The notes: a model not told the origin generated them from the sequence alone. A DNA stretch of 64,000 nt from Guillardia theta CCMP2712 (GCF_000315625.1 NW_005434663.1:649882-713881); one strand, 5' to 3'. Numbered from the stretch's first letter, positions 37,001 through 49,144 are shown. A program made the numbers and translations.

Positions 37001-40000
37001 TCGTCTATCCCGATCTCATGCGGCTTTCGTTTCTTCCACCTGTAGGCGACAACTGCGGGCGACAGCTCCCAGCTCTGCCGGTCTTGTGAAGTCAGCATGG
37101 CAGTGGGGGTGCGCACACGGAGAATGTCCATGCGCTCTTTGACAGAAGGGAAGACGCCTTTCAGCCGCCTCAGCAGCTCCGGTTGGGACATGAAGTAGTC
37201 CCTACAGGCCTCATGAGAGAGCGCAGCGAAGATTCCGAAGGAGCTGAAGGTTGTGACGGTGAAGGTCTTGGGGGTCTGAAACAGAAACGATTGTTCCCCC
37301 ACAGCATCCCCTGCCTTGAGGAACCCGGTGTTTTCATGGCCAGCGCCTGCCTGATGCAACAGGATCTGAAAGTCTCCTCGCAAGACGATGATCATGCAAT
37401 GCTGACCATCTTGCTCGTTGGCGATAATGTCTCCTCTCTTTGACCTCCTGATCCTGCAGCACGAGACCAGGAATTCCAGCTCTTCAGGGGAAAGCATCTT
37501 GAATAGGCTCGACTTCCGTTTGAAGATTGCTCTCCGCAAGCGGAATCGATGAACCTTCTCCTCCATCCCCTTTGTCGCATCACTTGCAGTTTCCTTCGCC
37601 AGCAGACTTTTCAGCAAGGACTTGTCCATCTCAAGGAGCGAACATCGCCTAGTCGCGGTCACGTTGTAGGCTCGTTCCTCATACGGCTGATAGACAGTCA
37701 GCCCGAGCAGTTCGCCTACCCTTTGACTTCTTTCAACCTCCAGCTGCTTGTCTGATTCATCCGAGTCGATCGTGATGCTGATTTCGCCGTCAATCAGCAT
37801 GTAGACGCAGTCTCCGAAAGGTCCCCAGCCCCTGACGTCACTTTGAGACTCCTTCCATACCTCGCAAGATTCCTCCACCGTCACGAGCCATGCTTGCCGC
37901 AGGACCTTGTCAAACGCCTCAGCTCCGAGAGCAGCTGGGTTGAGTTGACTGGCTTCCAGGGCTGAGAACCAAGAGGCTTCGCTGATCTCACTCACTGTAA
38001 GCTTTCTTCGCTTGCAAACGGACTGGAAGGAAACCAGCTCTCTCTTGATCTCCCCACTCCTCCCTAACAACTCGCCGGAATCCTGGCAGTTCACTTGAAA
38101 GAGCATCGCGTCTGAAACCAAATCGACTTGATACTGCAGGTTGGCTTCTCCGAACAAATGCATCTCCCCAAAAGCAGACCCTTCCTCTATCAGGAAAGCT
38201 TGCTGATTGCCTTGAGAGTCGAGGTATGTCACTTTACACTTGCCAGATAGCAAGACGAAGAACGATCTTTCGATCTCAGATTGCAGAGGCAAAATTGAGA
38301 GCTCAGACTCTCGGATACTCGCCTCTATTGACGATTTTTCTATGATATTCTGCACATTGTTCAACCTTCGCTGTAAATTTTCAATTTTCATCAGAGCATC
38401 ATTGAGTAGCTTTGATGTTTCCTCCAAATCAGTCGAGGCTCTATCTAGAATTCGCACTGAATCGGAGGATCCTATTTGAACCTTCTTCTTTGATCCGAGT
38501 TGACAGATTTGATAGAGCTCTGCAAGGCTCATGATCCTCAAGATCGTACTCCGACGAAACTTTAATGTTTGCATGACCCCGGCAACATCCTCATCTGCAG
38601 CCTCTAGTTTCTCTTCCAGTTGCAACAAATCCTCATCGTTCACGTTGCTCTTGTTCGACAAATGATGGAATATCATTGCTTTCAGCTCTGACATGCTATA
38701 CGGCAAATCTCTATTTACCTTCTGGTACACTTCCAAATACTCAGCTAAGCTGCTCTTTCCTAGCGAGATTGCATTGGATTCATCGTGATCCCACAGAAGA
38801 GCAAAACATTTTGATTTTGCTTCCTCCTCTCCCCTTGACAACAAACCTTCGAACGCTTCTACAAACTCCAATGTCTCCGTGAAATATTTACAATGCTGAA
38901 TGTCACCAACCTGACTGCCCGCCCTTGACTTCTTGGCATCAAGGAGGAGTCCTTCAATCATCAGAAGAAACTCCTCAAAGTCAATGGTCCCACTCCCATC
39001 TTCATCGAAGTCTTTCAGGAACTCACTGATCTCATTCTGCCCCAGATGAATTCCAAGCTGCTCGAAGGCAATGATCAGCTCTTCGCTGTCTATCAAACCT
39101 GAATTGTCTGAATCTATCTCATTGAACAATGCTTTCACCCTTCGTTTCATGCTCGAACTATCCAAGACTCCGAGCTTCCCTAGAATAGCATCTCTCATGA
39201 TTTGTTTCTGCTTCCCAATGACCTGCTGCACACAAGCGTCATGAAACCCATCCTGCATCAGGTCGAAAGCCTTGGTCCACGCCTCATTCCCTTTGTCCCG
39301 CAACTGTGAAGATTTGCTTCTTCGGGAAGATCGATTCGAAGGGTCGACGAGGACGTAACAGCTGGGATCACTGTTTGTGTCCAGTCGAAACCATTCCAGC
39401 ATTGCCTTTCTTCTCTTGACATTTTGTCCATGATCTCCCATTGTGAGAAGGATTGATTCGAAGTGCTGCTGATCTATCTTTCTGGGAAAGGCTTTTCCAT
39501 TTGAAGAGCTTCCCAGCAAGCAGATGTAGTCCATGCTGCAAGAGGCATCCTGGCAAAACAGTCGGAGATCAGAGCAATCCTCATGAAGCTCAAGGTTGAA
39601 CTGATAGTTGTGAGATGGCGGCAACAGATGCAGAGGATCAAAGATCTCTAACTCAAACCCCCACGATCGCGCTAGGGTTCTCAGCCCACGTTTCAGATGG
39701 CCGCAGATGAAGTTTCGTTCTTCCTCGTGCTCTTCCAAGGAAGAGCTGACGTATATGCAGATGACATGCTGCTTGACTTGTCTGCGGTACTGAAAGTCTC
39801 CTTTGAGAATAGGGTTAACATGATTTACAAGACGATTCGCATTCTCTTCCTCCTCTTGTGAGATCGCCTGATCGAAGTCAGCTTTTAACTCTTCAGGGTT
39901 AGAGTTTGACTCGGATGCCAAAGACACGAGCTCGTCTCCCACCATTGCAATCTGCTCGTCAATGTATCGAATCCAGTGCTCGTTCCCAGATGCATAGACT

Positions 40001-41667
40001 AACGCCTTTGTTTTCTGAAAATCTTCCTTCGCACGAAGGAAGTGAAAAGAAGCTTTTGAAAGTCTTCCTTGCTGTATCTTTTCTAACGCATCATTGAACA
40101 AAAGAGAAGCCTCTTCCAATTTCATCAGCATCTGTTTCAGAGATGAGACTTCCTGGCATTTTCCAATCTCCGCACAATTTTCATACATCGTAAGACATTG
40201 ATCTGCTGCAGAGAGCAGAGCAGCAACGCTAGTTTGCAATATTTGTATATCTTTCGAATGCACTCTAGCGTATATTGTCTGCAGTTGACTATTCGCATTT
40301 CGGAGAATTACCTCTTTTCTCTGCATGGCAGTCTTTTTGCTCTGCAAGACATTTTGCGTCAAGTTCAAGTCAGATATTATGCTTGCCAATTGCGTTGCAT
40401 CATTGTAATGATCGATGGACTGAGCCACCCTTTCTGAGTCCAACATTCTCTGACCCGACTGCATCACGTCATCTAACCTTGCCACCTTATGCAACCTCAA
40501 AGTTGTTGACACCGTGAACAACAACCTCTCGATTCTCTCCGCCATTGTCTGTTCCCCGAGGCCGCTGATATTCCCTTTGATTGAGCGCAACATGTCAACG
40601 CACTCTTGGATGGATACCGCAGGCAACTCCTTGCACAGCTCAACAATGGCAGCAAGAGCCTTCAAGTACAGCAAGATGGCTTCTAGTCTGCTCAGACTCT
40701 GACTCTGAGTTGTTGCTTCCACTCCAGCTTCAGCAGCAGCCATCGGAGCAGGTACACGATGACTCATTCTGAAGTAAGAGAGTACCTTTACATGTGATCC
40801 GTTCGGACAATCTGAAAACAGGATTGCAACAACTCCAGGGAATTTGATATTTGTGATTTGAAAGGGAATTCTTCGGCTCTGCTTGTAAAAGTACAGGGAT
40901 CCTGCGTTCTCCTCATAGTCGAACTCGAGGCCGAGGGTATCGCCAGTGTCCAGCCTCCAGGAAGAAGCGTCGATAGACATGAGAACAGTCTCGCCGTTGC
41001 AGAGGTCTCCATCACTCGAGAGAAAGAAGGCCCTGTCATTGAAGTCTTCTTCAAACCAGTAGTCCCCTACCTTGACCGATTCCCCGTCCACCACCCCAAA
41101 GAAGAATTCTACCTTGCTGTCCAGGACGAAGTTTCCTACCTGAATCTCGCAGTATACTCGTCCCTCCTCGAGTGGCTTCCCCAGAAAGATGCTACGAACA
41201 GCTGCTGCTTCAGCGCACTGAATCAAGTTCTCCTTCACCGACAGCGATACGTGCTTCGTCTGCTGTGACCAGGGTTGGAGGTTGGCGGGGGCAGGAGCGA
41301 TGGGTGCGCTGCTTCCCCGATACTCCTGCAGGAACAGTTGGACGGAAGAGCTGACCAGTTGAAGCTGTGCGAGGAGAGAGTCAGAATCTATCCCGTGCAG
41401 AGACTTGTCGAACTCTCCTTGAACTCGATCTAAAACCTTGATCGCCTCTGCTTCTTTTGATCCGATCGCTGACTGAAGCTCTGCAGCTTCTTCTTTCAGC
41501 TTCTGCAGCTCCCTCCTCCTGCTCTCTTCCTCCGCGTCTCTCGGCATCTTCTCCTCAGCTTCATCTAGCAGTACCAGCGTCTTGCCGACTTCGCCATCAC
41601 TCAGCAGACCCTTCGCCTTTTGTATGGCCTGATCCCAAGCCTTTCGCTTCGATTGACCGCCCCCCAT
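31026..41667 (-). CDS. Giant NWD/TEP1-like STAND NTPase: SPRY, DUF4062/NWD-N-like, EF-hands, cNMP-binding x4, NACHT, WD40, ARM, C2
   Basis: Walker A GQPGVGKTS and Walker B IAVLVDALEE. EF loops DSDNSGLIDSEE and DEDGSGTIDFEE. GH...WN/WD repeats. ORFs 35848-41667 and 33242-35851 are joined by a 44-nt GT-AG intron (35808-35851). The 3' exons encode ARM, C2, cNMP and a final WD blade ending ...GTKEGKVIILRVQDKENYIFEKEI*. Confidence 0.85.
33611..33682 (-). repeat. Coding 12-bp tandem repeat encoding (EDEA)6
   Basis: TGCTTCATCTTC units on the + strand. Confidence 0.9.
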
Positions 41668-42009
41668 GCTTCTTCAATCGCCTCTTACAGATGCTTTCCT
41701 CTCACCTTCTCCAGTCATCCGGCATGCTCGTCCATGTCGCGTCCTCAGCCTCGCCCGGCATGGCGAATCTCCGTGTGTTCCCATCGTGTCGCACCTGTCG
41801 CTCCTGTTGCTCCTCCTGCCCGACAAAGGAGGGCCGGGCTCTGAGGTGAACTAGCGCATGCTTTACTTTGAGGCGAGCCTGCAATCCGAACGCGACATGC
41901 GGCGATAGATGAGTCGGGCAGGCGAGGGCGGCAGCGGCATGATTGAGAAGAGGAGACGGTCAGAGCATGGTGACTCTCTCACTGCCTTGTCCCTCACTGC
42001 ATAGCCAAC

Positions 42010-44574
42010 ATGGTGCGACGGAAGTTGACAATCGTGGTGCTTGCTTGCTGTCTCCTCGTCCTTCCTGCTCCATGCGTGGGATCGGAAACCGAGGAGGAGT
42101 GCTCGAAGGTGTACATGGACACAGTGGAGGACGAGGCCTCCGGTCTCCCAACATTTGCGACTGCGATGCCGAGCTTTCTGCTTGATGTCACTCGCTGTGT
42201 TGCAGGAGACGAGCATCATGGAGTGAACGAGGCGCTGGCAAGCAGAGGCTCCCTCGCCATCTCCGGCTTTGAGCAGCGAGGATATGAAGCCGTTCAGGCC
42301 ATCGATGGGGTCTCAGGAGCCTCTGACAATGGATGGGCTTACTTGGGTCGGTTGGATGAGGCTTGGTTGATGGTCAAATTTCCGATGGCGACGGTGACGA
42401 GCAAGATGAACTTGTGCTCGGGATATGAAAGAGTTGATCATCACATCACGAGATTCATCCTTCTATTCACTAACATGACCTTCGACAACGTAGAGGAAGC
42501 CAGAGGATCGGACCCGCTGCTTGCTGGATCGCCATGGTACGTGATTCCAGGGTTGAGGGGAATAGGCGAATCAGTGAAAGTGCAGGAGGACGGGTACACA
42601 GTGAAGGTGAAAGGAGGCACAAGTGAACTTGTGCTCACATACCCGCGACTAGAAGCGACCATGTTCTATGTGAAGATCGAAGAGAGCGACACGGCAGATA
42701 CGGAAAATGCTGTCGTCAACGAGATCGAGTTTCTGCTCGAAGAAGAGCTCTTCTCGTGGACTACATGCACCATGGAAGTATACCTGGACAACGAGCTCCT
42801 AGTGAATCACTCACGCACCATCTCGTTGCTGCCCCTCCATAGGGGAGAGACAGCGGGAGAGAGCCCCACAGACAGGGTGCTCCGCGTCTCCCTCCCCAAC
42901 ATCAATGGAGTGCATGAGCTGCGCGTGCAGCTAGGAGTTCCGTTGGAGCATGTGCACTTTCTGGTCTATGACAAGTTGAACCAGGCGCTACAGACGTACG
43001 TGGCGTTTCCCTACCCCAACTTTGTCTTCGGTCGTGACATGCAGCCGTTCGTGACAGTGGGCGCGAGCGGTCGGCAGTGTATCGGAGATGCTCCTCTGGA
43101 CAACTCGACGGGCTTTTGCTGGCACCAGCCCCACCAGACCTATTATGTCAACCTTGACATCATGCCCTTGGCTTTCTCTGGGGAAGCTGATTGTGCTGCC
43201 TGGCTGTGGAGGGCAGGTCACCGTATCTGCACAAAGACTTGCACTCGAGCTTCATCGGAAGGAGGGCATGAGTACTGCTGCGATTTGAAGCACTACGCGG
43301 TAAAAATGCGACAAGGAAGATACGTTGGGTTGAGCTGTCTTCCGGATGGGGAGTATGTCTTGTTCGTTCACTTCTACGACTACTTGCAACAATTCGACTC
43401 TGTGCATGAAGTAAAGATCACGATCGACCGAAGTGATATTGGTAGGTGGTATCACAGAGCGTTGGCGAGCAACGCGTCGTACCTTGACGTCATCGACGAC
43501 TCTCATGTTCTACGAGAGCAGAATGGAAGCTTTGAGTTTCACTTGCACAAATCTGAAGTAGGAGGAACCAGCGGGTCTACTTTGCTGTATGCTCTTGTGA
43601 TCCCTGATGTGGATGTTTTGCTGGCAAAGGAGCGAGAAAAGCTCGCGATCGAGATTGACGGCATTGCTTCTTCTTGTAAGTTGGATTCTTTCAGAAAGTC
43701 AAGACCTGAAAGCCAGTACGAATGTTTCCTTCTCGATGTCGTGCCGGATGAGTATCAAGACAAAATCGAAATCAATCTCTTGCAGTTCGCTGCTACCTAC
43801 CGACGTGTCCTTGCTTGGTGCCTGCACTTCAGAGCGTTCATGGCGCGAGAGTTTCTTGAATCAAGTTTTGCGGGAAGAACATTGAGCGCAGCTCTCATGA
43901 CGTTGCCGCTGACGATGGACAAATCATGCCTCGAAGTTTCACCTCAGAGAATCTCCGTCAACCTCGGGGAGTTCTCGTGGAGCAGCGCCAGTCATTCTCA
44001 GCTGGGCGCGAGACACGCACCAGACGTGAAGATTCATGAAGAGATCCTCAAGATGGTAGGCTGGAGCGACGAGCAAGAAGCAATGACCAACGTTCTTATC
44101 TTCGGGCATCTCTTCAGACCGAATCGCCTCTTCAAATCCCTGATCCTCTCCAAGCGCCTCGAACTAGGTATCTCCGGTGTCACCGTGGGGATTCAACTCT
44201 ACCAGGTGGCTCGTGTTTCTGAAGAAGCTTTCAATGTCTTCTGCCGGCAAGTGACCGATCTCGTACGGCACTATCAAGCTCAGACCGTCATTCTTCTTTC
44301 TGAGGACACGACAATACCACGAATCCGATCGATCGCAAGTTTCGTCCAAGCCATGGAAACGAAATCCGTGCTCCTACAATTTAACGGAATCGTAGAAACA
44401 GGAGATGAAGCAAGTAACGACTTGCAAATTATCTCACTGTTCTTGTTCCTTGAATCTTCTCAGTATATCTTGGCATGCTGTAACGAGATGTCTAGATTGC
44501 TGCTTGAGCTTGTAATTTCAAATGCAAAACATCGCAAGATGAACGTTTCTCTGTATGATTTCAACAATCTTTGA
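42010..44574 (+). CDS. Intronless secreted/signal-anchored protein with a discoidin/F5-8-like N-domain and a degenerate GT23 (FUT8/NodZ)-like C-domain
   Basis: 854-aa ORF with a signal peptide. AVQAIDGVSGASDNGWAY...WLMVKF...HITRF...VNEIEF is discoidin-like. TVGIQLY...VILLSED...LFLFLESSQYILACCNEMSRLLLEL resembles the GT23 C-terminal pattern. Confidence 0.7.
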   Translation: MVRRKLTIVVLACCLLVLPAPCVGSETEEECSKVYMDTVEDEASGLPTFATAMPSFLLDVTRCVAGDEHHGVNEALASRGSLAISGFEQRGYEAVQAIDGVSGASDNGWAYLGRLDEAWLMVKFPMATVTSKMNLCSGYERVDHHITRFILLFTNMTFDNVEEARGSDPLLAGSPWYVIPGLRGIGESVKVQEDGYTVKVKGGTSELVLTYPRLEATMFYVKIEESDTADTENAVVNEIEFLLEEELFSWTTCTMEVYLDNELLVNHSRTISLLPLHRGETAGESPTDRVLRVSLPNINGVHELRVQLGVPLEHVHFLVYDKLNQALQTYVAFPYPNFVFGRDMQPFVTVGASGRQCIGDAPLDNSTGFCWHQPHQTYYVNLDIMPLAFSGEADCAAWLWRAGHRICTKTCTRASSEGGHEYCCDLKHYAVKMRQGRYVGLSCLPDGEYVLFVHFYDYLQQFDSVHEVKITIDRSDIGRWYHRALASNASYLDVIDDSHVLREQNGSFEFHLHKSEVGGTSGSTLLYALVIPDVDVLLAKEREKLAIEIDGIASSCKLDSFRKSRPESQYECFLLDVVPDEYQDKIEINLLQFAATYRRVLAWCLHFRAFMAREFLESSFAGRTLSAALMTLPLTMDKSCLEVSPQRISVNLGEFSWSSASHSQLGARHAPDVKIHEEILKMVGWSDEQEAMTNVLIFGHLFRPNRLFKSLILSKRLELGISGVTVGIQLYQVARVSEEAFNVFCRQVTDLVRHYQAQTVILLSEDTTIPRIRSIASFVQAMETKSVLLQFNGIVETGDEASNDLQIISLFLFLESSQYILACCNEMSRLLLELVISNAKHRKMNVSLYDFNNL

Positions 44575-44715
44575 TCCGTGGATCTTTATTCTTTCAATCG
44601 CAAATAAAGGCAAAAGGAAACATCTTGTTCTGATAAGTATCAGGCACAAGCTTCGGATGTTTCATACACATCTTTGTTTACAACTGTTCAAAATCTTGGC
44701 GATTGATGTGTCGCT

Positions 44716-45791
44716 TCAACGCCTCGATTCAGGTAGGGACGAATAAAGGGAGTTATTCGTGTTACCATAAGTGTAAGCTGGTCTGTAGCTAAAGGAAGAG
44801 GTGGAGGTGTTGTTGTCCATGTTGTATCCACTTGAAGTATAGCTCATGAGGTTTAGACCATACAGCCTGGAAGAGGCATCGCTGGCATCAGAGTACCTGT
44901 AGCTGTAGCTGCCCGGCACGTAGTTGGAAGCATAACTGGTCTGAGTGGCGTCGGGGACATATCCACCAGACGTGTAGCTCGTGTAGTTCATGCCAGACAT
45001 TCTCGTGGAGACATCGCTGGCGTCTGAGTACCTGTAGTTGTAGCCGCTCGGAATCACCGTAGAGGTATACTGTGTAGCATACTGGGTTCTTGGAACGAAG
45101 GTGGTCCTCGTCTCAAATGCTTGTTGGATGGTAACGACATCTTCTTCGATCTCGACGATCTTGGGGCGTCTCACGATGTATCTCTTCTCCTCGAACACTG
45201 GACGGGGGATGCTGATGTACCTTGTGCTTTGCACCATCTCGGTGGATCTCACCACCTTGGGTACCTGAATCTCCACCATCTTTGTCTCCATGATGGTCTT
45301 TGGAACAGGAACGAGAGTAGGGACGACGATCATGCGCGTCTCGTATTCTACCTTTGGGACCTGCTGCTGAACTTCCATGGTCTCTGCAACCTGCTGCAAG
45401 TCGCAAGTCAACCACGCATCGAGTCAAACAAGGACAGTACCATGACTTTCGCTGGCGAGGTAACGCTCCTGACGGAATTATCCAAAGGCTTCAAGCTGTG
45501 GACAAGTGCAGCAGAGGAAGTGCTGACAGGCGAGTAGCTGTAGACCTGCCCGTAGACTCCTGCCCCATACGAGGCCGGGGAGGTTGCGACTCCGGCGAGG
45601 ACGTCAGTCCGAAACTTGCTCGGAGAAGTGTATGAATCAGCGGTCAGAGGGGAGGTATAGGTTGCTCTGGGTTGCTCAGGAGAAAGTACAGCCTGCATAA
45701 GAGGGATGGAAGGAGAGTAGGTGGAGGCGGAGGTGGTGGAGGCCGGGGAGGCGGTCGAGGAGAGCTGAGCAAGAGACACGGGCTGCGGCAT
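44716..45791 (-). CDS. Epiplastin/articulin-like membrane-skeleton protein
   Basis: S/T/P/Y-rich head, one intron (~45395-45440), a V/I/P/E/K-rich core (VPKVEYETRMIVVPTLVPVPKTIMETKMVEIQVPKVV...) and a Tyr/Ser-rich duplicated tail. Confidence 0.7.
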
Positions 45792-46159
45792 GTTGGAACA
45801 CTGTGACAGCTAGAAGCGCTCTTGGTTGAGCTAGGGGGTACAACGAGTCCAGTCCCCCACCCCCTCCACCCCCTGATTTATCCCTACGATGTACCCCTAC
45901 CTGGCAGAGAGAAGCGCCTCTACCGCACTGACCGGGGTTTCCACTTATCGCACCCCTACCCCCACATATGTAGCATGAAATAACCGGTACAGATAGATCC
46001 AGCTAGTACCACCCTACTACCCCATGCCCGACTTGACCTCCCGGCGGTACTCCCCAAGTAAGTGATCCCTCGCATCCGATCCGAGAATGTACCAGGACCC
46101 CCTTCATTCCCCTGATTTGTACCCTACCCTGCTAGTCAGCCATGCGTCATCTAGCCGTT

Positions 46160-46332
46160 ATCGTCACGGTGGCAGGGTCACCTGACGGACGGTGACCCCC
46201 CGGTTTGCGCCCGGCCCGGCGGGTCGGAGCTTGCAGGCCCGGTCCGGGGCGCGGCAGACGGTGGGGGCCGGGCCGGGCCGCGGCACTGCGCCGGCCGCGT
46301 CAGGGCCCGGCGGCCCGCCGGACTCGGGACGG
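46160..46332. promoter_or_regulatory. GC/CpG-rich palindromic core of a divergent spacer
   Basis: Same vocabulary; GGGTCACC/GGTGACCC stem at 46175-46198. Confidence 0.4.
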
Positions 46333-46457
46333 ACAATCCATCCTTGGATCACTACTGAGCGAAAATAGCACCGAAATGGCGTGGGGACGGAGACGAGATG
46401 CGCTCGATGCTGGCGACCTCGAGGGCAAGGTGGCCTGAAAAAGGCGAGGATATAAGG

Positions 46458-46500
46458 GAGAAGCAGGAGAAGCAGGAGAAGCAGGAGAAGCAGGAGCAGG
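46458..46500 (+). repeat. (GAGAAGCAG)~4 tandem repeat just upstream of the ATG
   Basis: Directly visible. Confidence 0.85.
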
Positions 46501-46515
46501 AGCGCTGTGGACAAG

Positions 46516-47474
46516 ATGGAAGATGAAATGATACCTGGTACAAGCGTGTCAGTCGCGGATCATCAAAAGTTGAGGAGGTTAGCTCTGATTGCGTCATCGT
46601 CTGTACTCTGCGTGGTTTGCTTGCTGTTTTTTACCAGGGAAGACAACATGAACTTGGCTTCAAGAAATGTAATGCAGCAGCACATGATTTCGAGTATGGC
46701 GTCGGAAAGAAACGACGAGCTTGCGATCAAGCTAAGCAAGCTTTCTCATGCCTTCGAACTGCAGGAGCTTTCAACCAAAATTGCCATCAAACTCTTGAAG
46801 AGCATAACTACATTGGCTTTCAATCAATCCGTCAATCAGACTAACTTCACTGTGTACAACTCAACTGGAAGACTTGGAATGTATGCAAATGAGTCTTACA
46901 ACAAGACAGAGATCTTTCAAAACCAAGGAAACATCTCTGCAGTTGGGAATGAATCATATGATCCCCAGAGAAACCAGACGGAAGCCCCCAGCTTCTTCCA
47001 CGAGCAAGTCCATTCAGAAGTATCAACAATACCTGTTAATGCTGTTAGTGGGGAGGCGAGAAAGAGAAGCGAGTTGCAAGCCGACATTGCAGCATGGCCG
47101 AAGTCTGATGATGTTTGGCAAGGACCTTTGAAAATAATCGAGCGAGACATGATCACTTGCATTGATGACAGCTCTAACGGTGGGATCGTTGCGAACTATC
47201 GGCCAGCGTCATATTGCCTGAAGAACCCGACATATTGCATGTTATACTGTAGAGGAAACTTCGCAGATAAGAGCTTTGAACCGACACGGGAGGTCAAGAG
47301 TCAATATCTTGCTCAGAAGGTAATCTTTCATCTCTTGTTAGCTCTCCACGATTGAGTTAGTGACGTCTTGTTTCACAGAGACCAAAGGTTCATAGGAGTC
47401 GGGATGGTGACAAACCGAGACGCTACGATTGGACTTCCTGGAAGAAGGAACTCAAGTCGCTCAGTCCCAGATAG
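46516..47474 (+). CDS. Type II membrane glycoprotein of unknown function (2 exons)
   Basis: N-terminal TM (LALIASSSVLCVVCLLFFT), a cluster of ~9 N-x-S/T sequons and a Cys-containing C-domain. Intron at ~47320-47378. Confidence 0.7.
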
Positions 47475-47625
47475 ACAGCAACCTTATGTTGCTGTGGAAT
47501 CTCGATCCTCTTTGTAAATACCGTTCATTCAAAGATTACTTATTTAGTAGAATGCCACAAGGTTATGTACACAAAGATTGCCATGGAATTTGCCCGGCGT
47601 CATGACGCACATAGATAAGCAGAGG

Positions 47626-49144
47626 TTACAAGTGTTCGCTACAAATGTGTGAGTCGAGATGAAACAGTGGAAGAGAGTGTAAACCTGACAACTGCAGCCA
47701 CCGCAATGTCAATTCCTAGGGAAGACGTTAGAGTCCACTTCATATCCTTGAGCTCTTGTAAGCTTGAAACTCCTTGTTTCTATTGCACATGATCAGGTCA
47801 AAAACAATGCAGCTTTGTCAACTGACCCTGAGAGCAAGTGCCAAACCCCGTGACTCAGCTGCAGACAAATTCAACGAAGACACAAATGCCTGAAGAAACG
47901 CTCAGAGGACGGTCAAGAACATCTCCAGATAGTCTGATTATTACCGTCAACTCATCAGAGAGTACTTGACCTTTTCCCGCGCTCGACTTCTCAGGGCTGT
48001 AGGGTTGAGAGCTTGCGTTCAACTTGTTCGACGAGCTCTTTGCGGGTAACCTCTCTTTATCTGATGTGTTTCCTATCTTGCCGTAGCTGACATCTCTTAC
48101 AGCTCTTGATAAAACTTGACTTTGAGTCTGAGGCATCGGCATGTAATGGTTTTCGTCCATCCCCACCGGCATTCCTATTTCACTGTACGGTTGGCTTCCT
48201 GCATATAGACCATCCGGGTAGAACCCTGAAGCCGTGAACGGCATGGCTTGCTGCAAGACAATCAGTAAGTACCAGCACGCAGTCTTAAACGATCTACCAC
48301 TGGCAGATTCCAATTCTCCTGTACAGGGACTGGATATCCATTGTTCAGGTCGTAATTCATAACAGGATAGGAATATTCATCCACGTATGGTTGACTAGCC
48401 ATCGGATCATACTGTGCATCATAAACGTTCCAGCCGACGTTCTGTGGTTGTTCGTAAGGAACATCAGGATAACCGTCTGACAAGTTCCTGCATTGAACAA
48501 ACGAATAAGATCGCTTCTGACGAGTACATCAAGGAATCATTTTTCACACACATTGAGGCCATGTACTGCTCTATCTCAGCCTGGGCGAGATAATCTTGTT
48601 CTGTGAATTCCTGCTCAGGATTTTGCCAAGGATTTTCGTGATCTATGTCCTCCACTCCTGCCAATCCTTGACACGTCACATTCTTGCATACAGCACCGGG
48701 CGGAACCCACCGGCGAGAATGTTATCGGCGTGCTGATCGCTCCACGCAGCATTCATGAGCGGTATTGACTTTCTTGCAAGTACATAGAAATTCTGTCCAT
48801 CGCTCCGATGATATTTCTCATCCAGTCCTCTTGCTGTCCACACATCTAAGGGGAAGGTCAAAGGTAATCGAACAGATAGACTGCAGATATTACCCATAGA
48901 ATCCGGCGTCCACTCCCATGCTCCTGAAAGTGGATCGAAAGGTGGGAGCTCCTGATTTACAAGCAGTAAGGTAGATGCAACCAGCCAGCTTCATGCAGGG
49001 ACTCGACCTCTTTTTCTTCTTCAAGTGGCTTCAACATTGATTCAGCCTCCTGCGACTTCCAAACAGAATGTGAGAAAACCAAACTTCTGCTTCACAACGA
49101 AGTGAATATTGTATCGAATTTCTTACCTGTATCTTTGTTGCCAT
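47626..49144 (-). CDS. Low-complexity (Y/Q/P-rich) protein with a PAM2-like motif and a C-terminal SAM-like domain
   Basis: Many short GT-AG exons starting MATKIQ. KLNASSQPYSP is PAM2-like. FVSSLNLSAAESRGLALALRKQGVSSLQELKDM is SAM-like. Confidence 0.55.
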
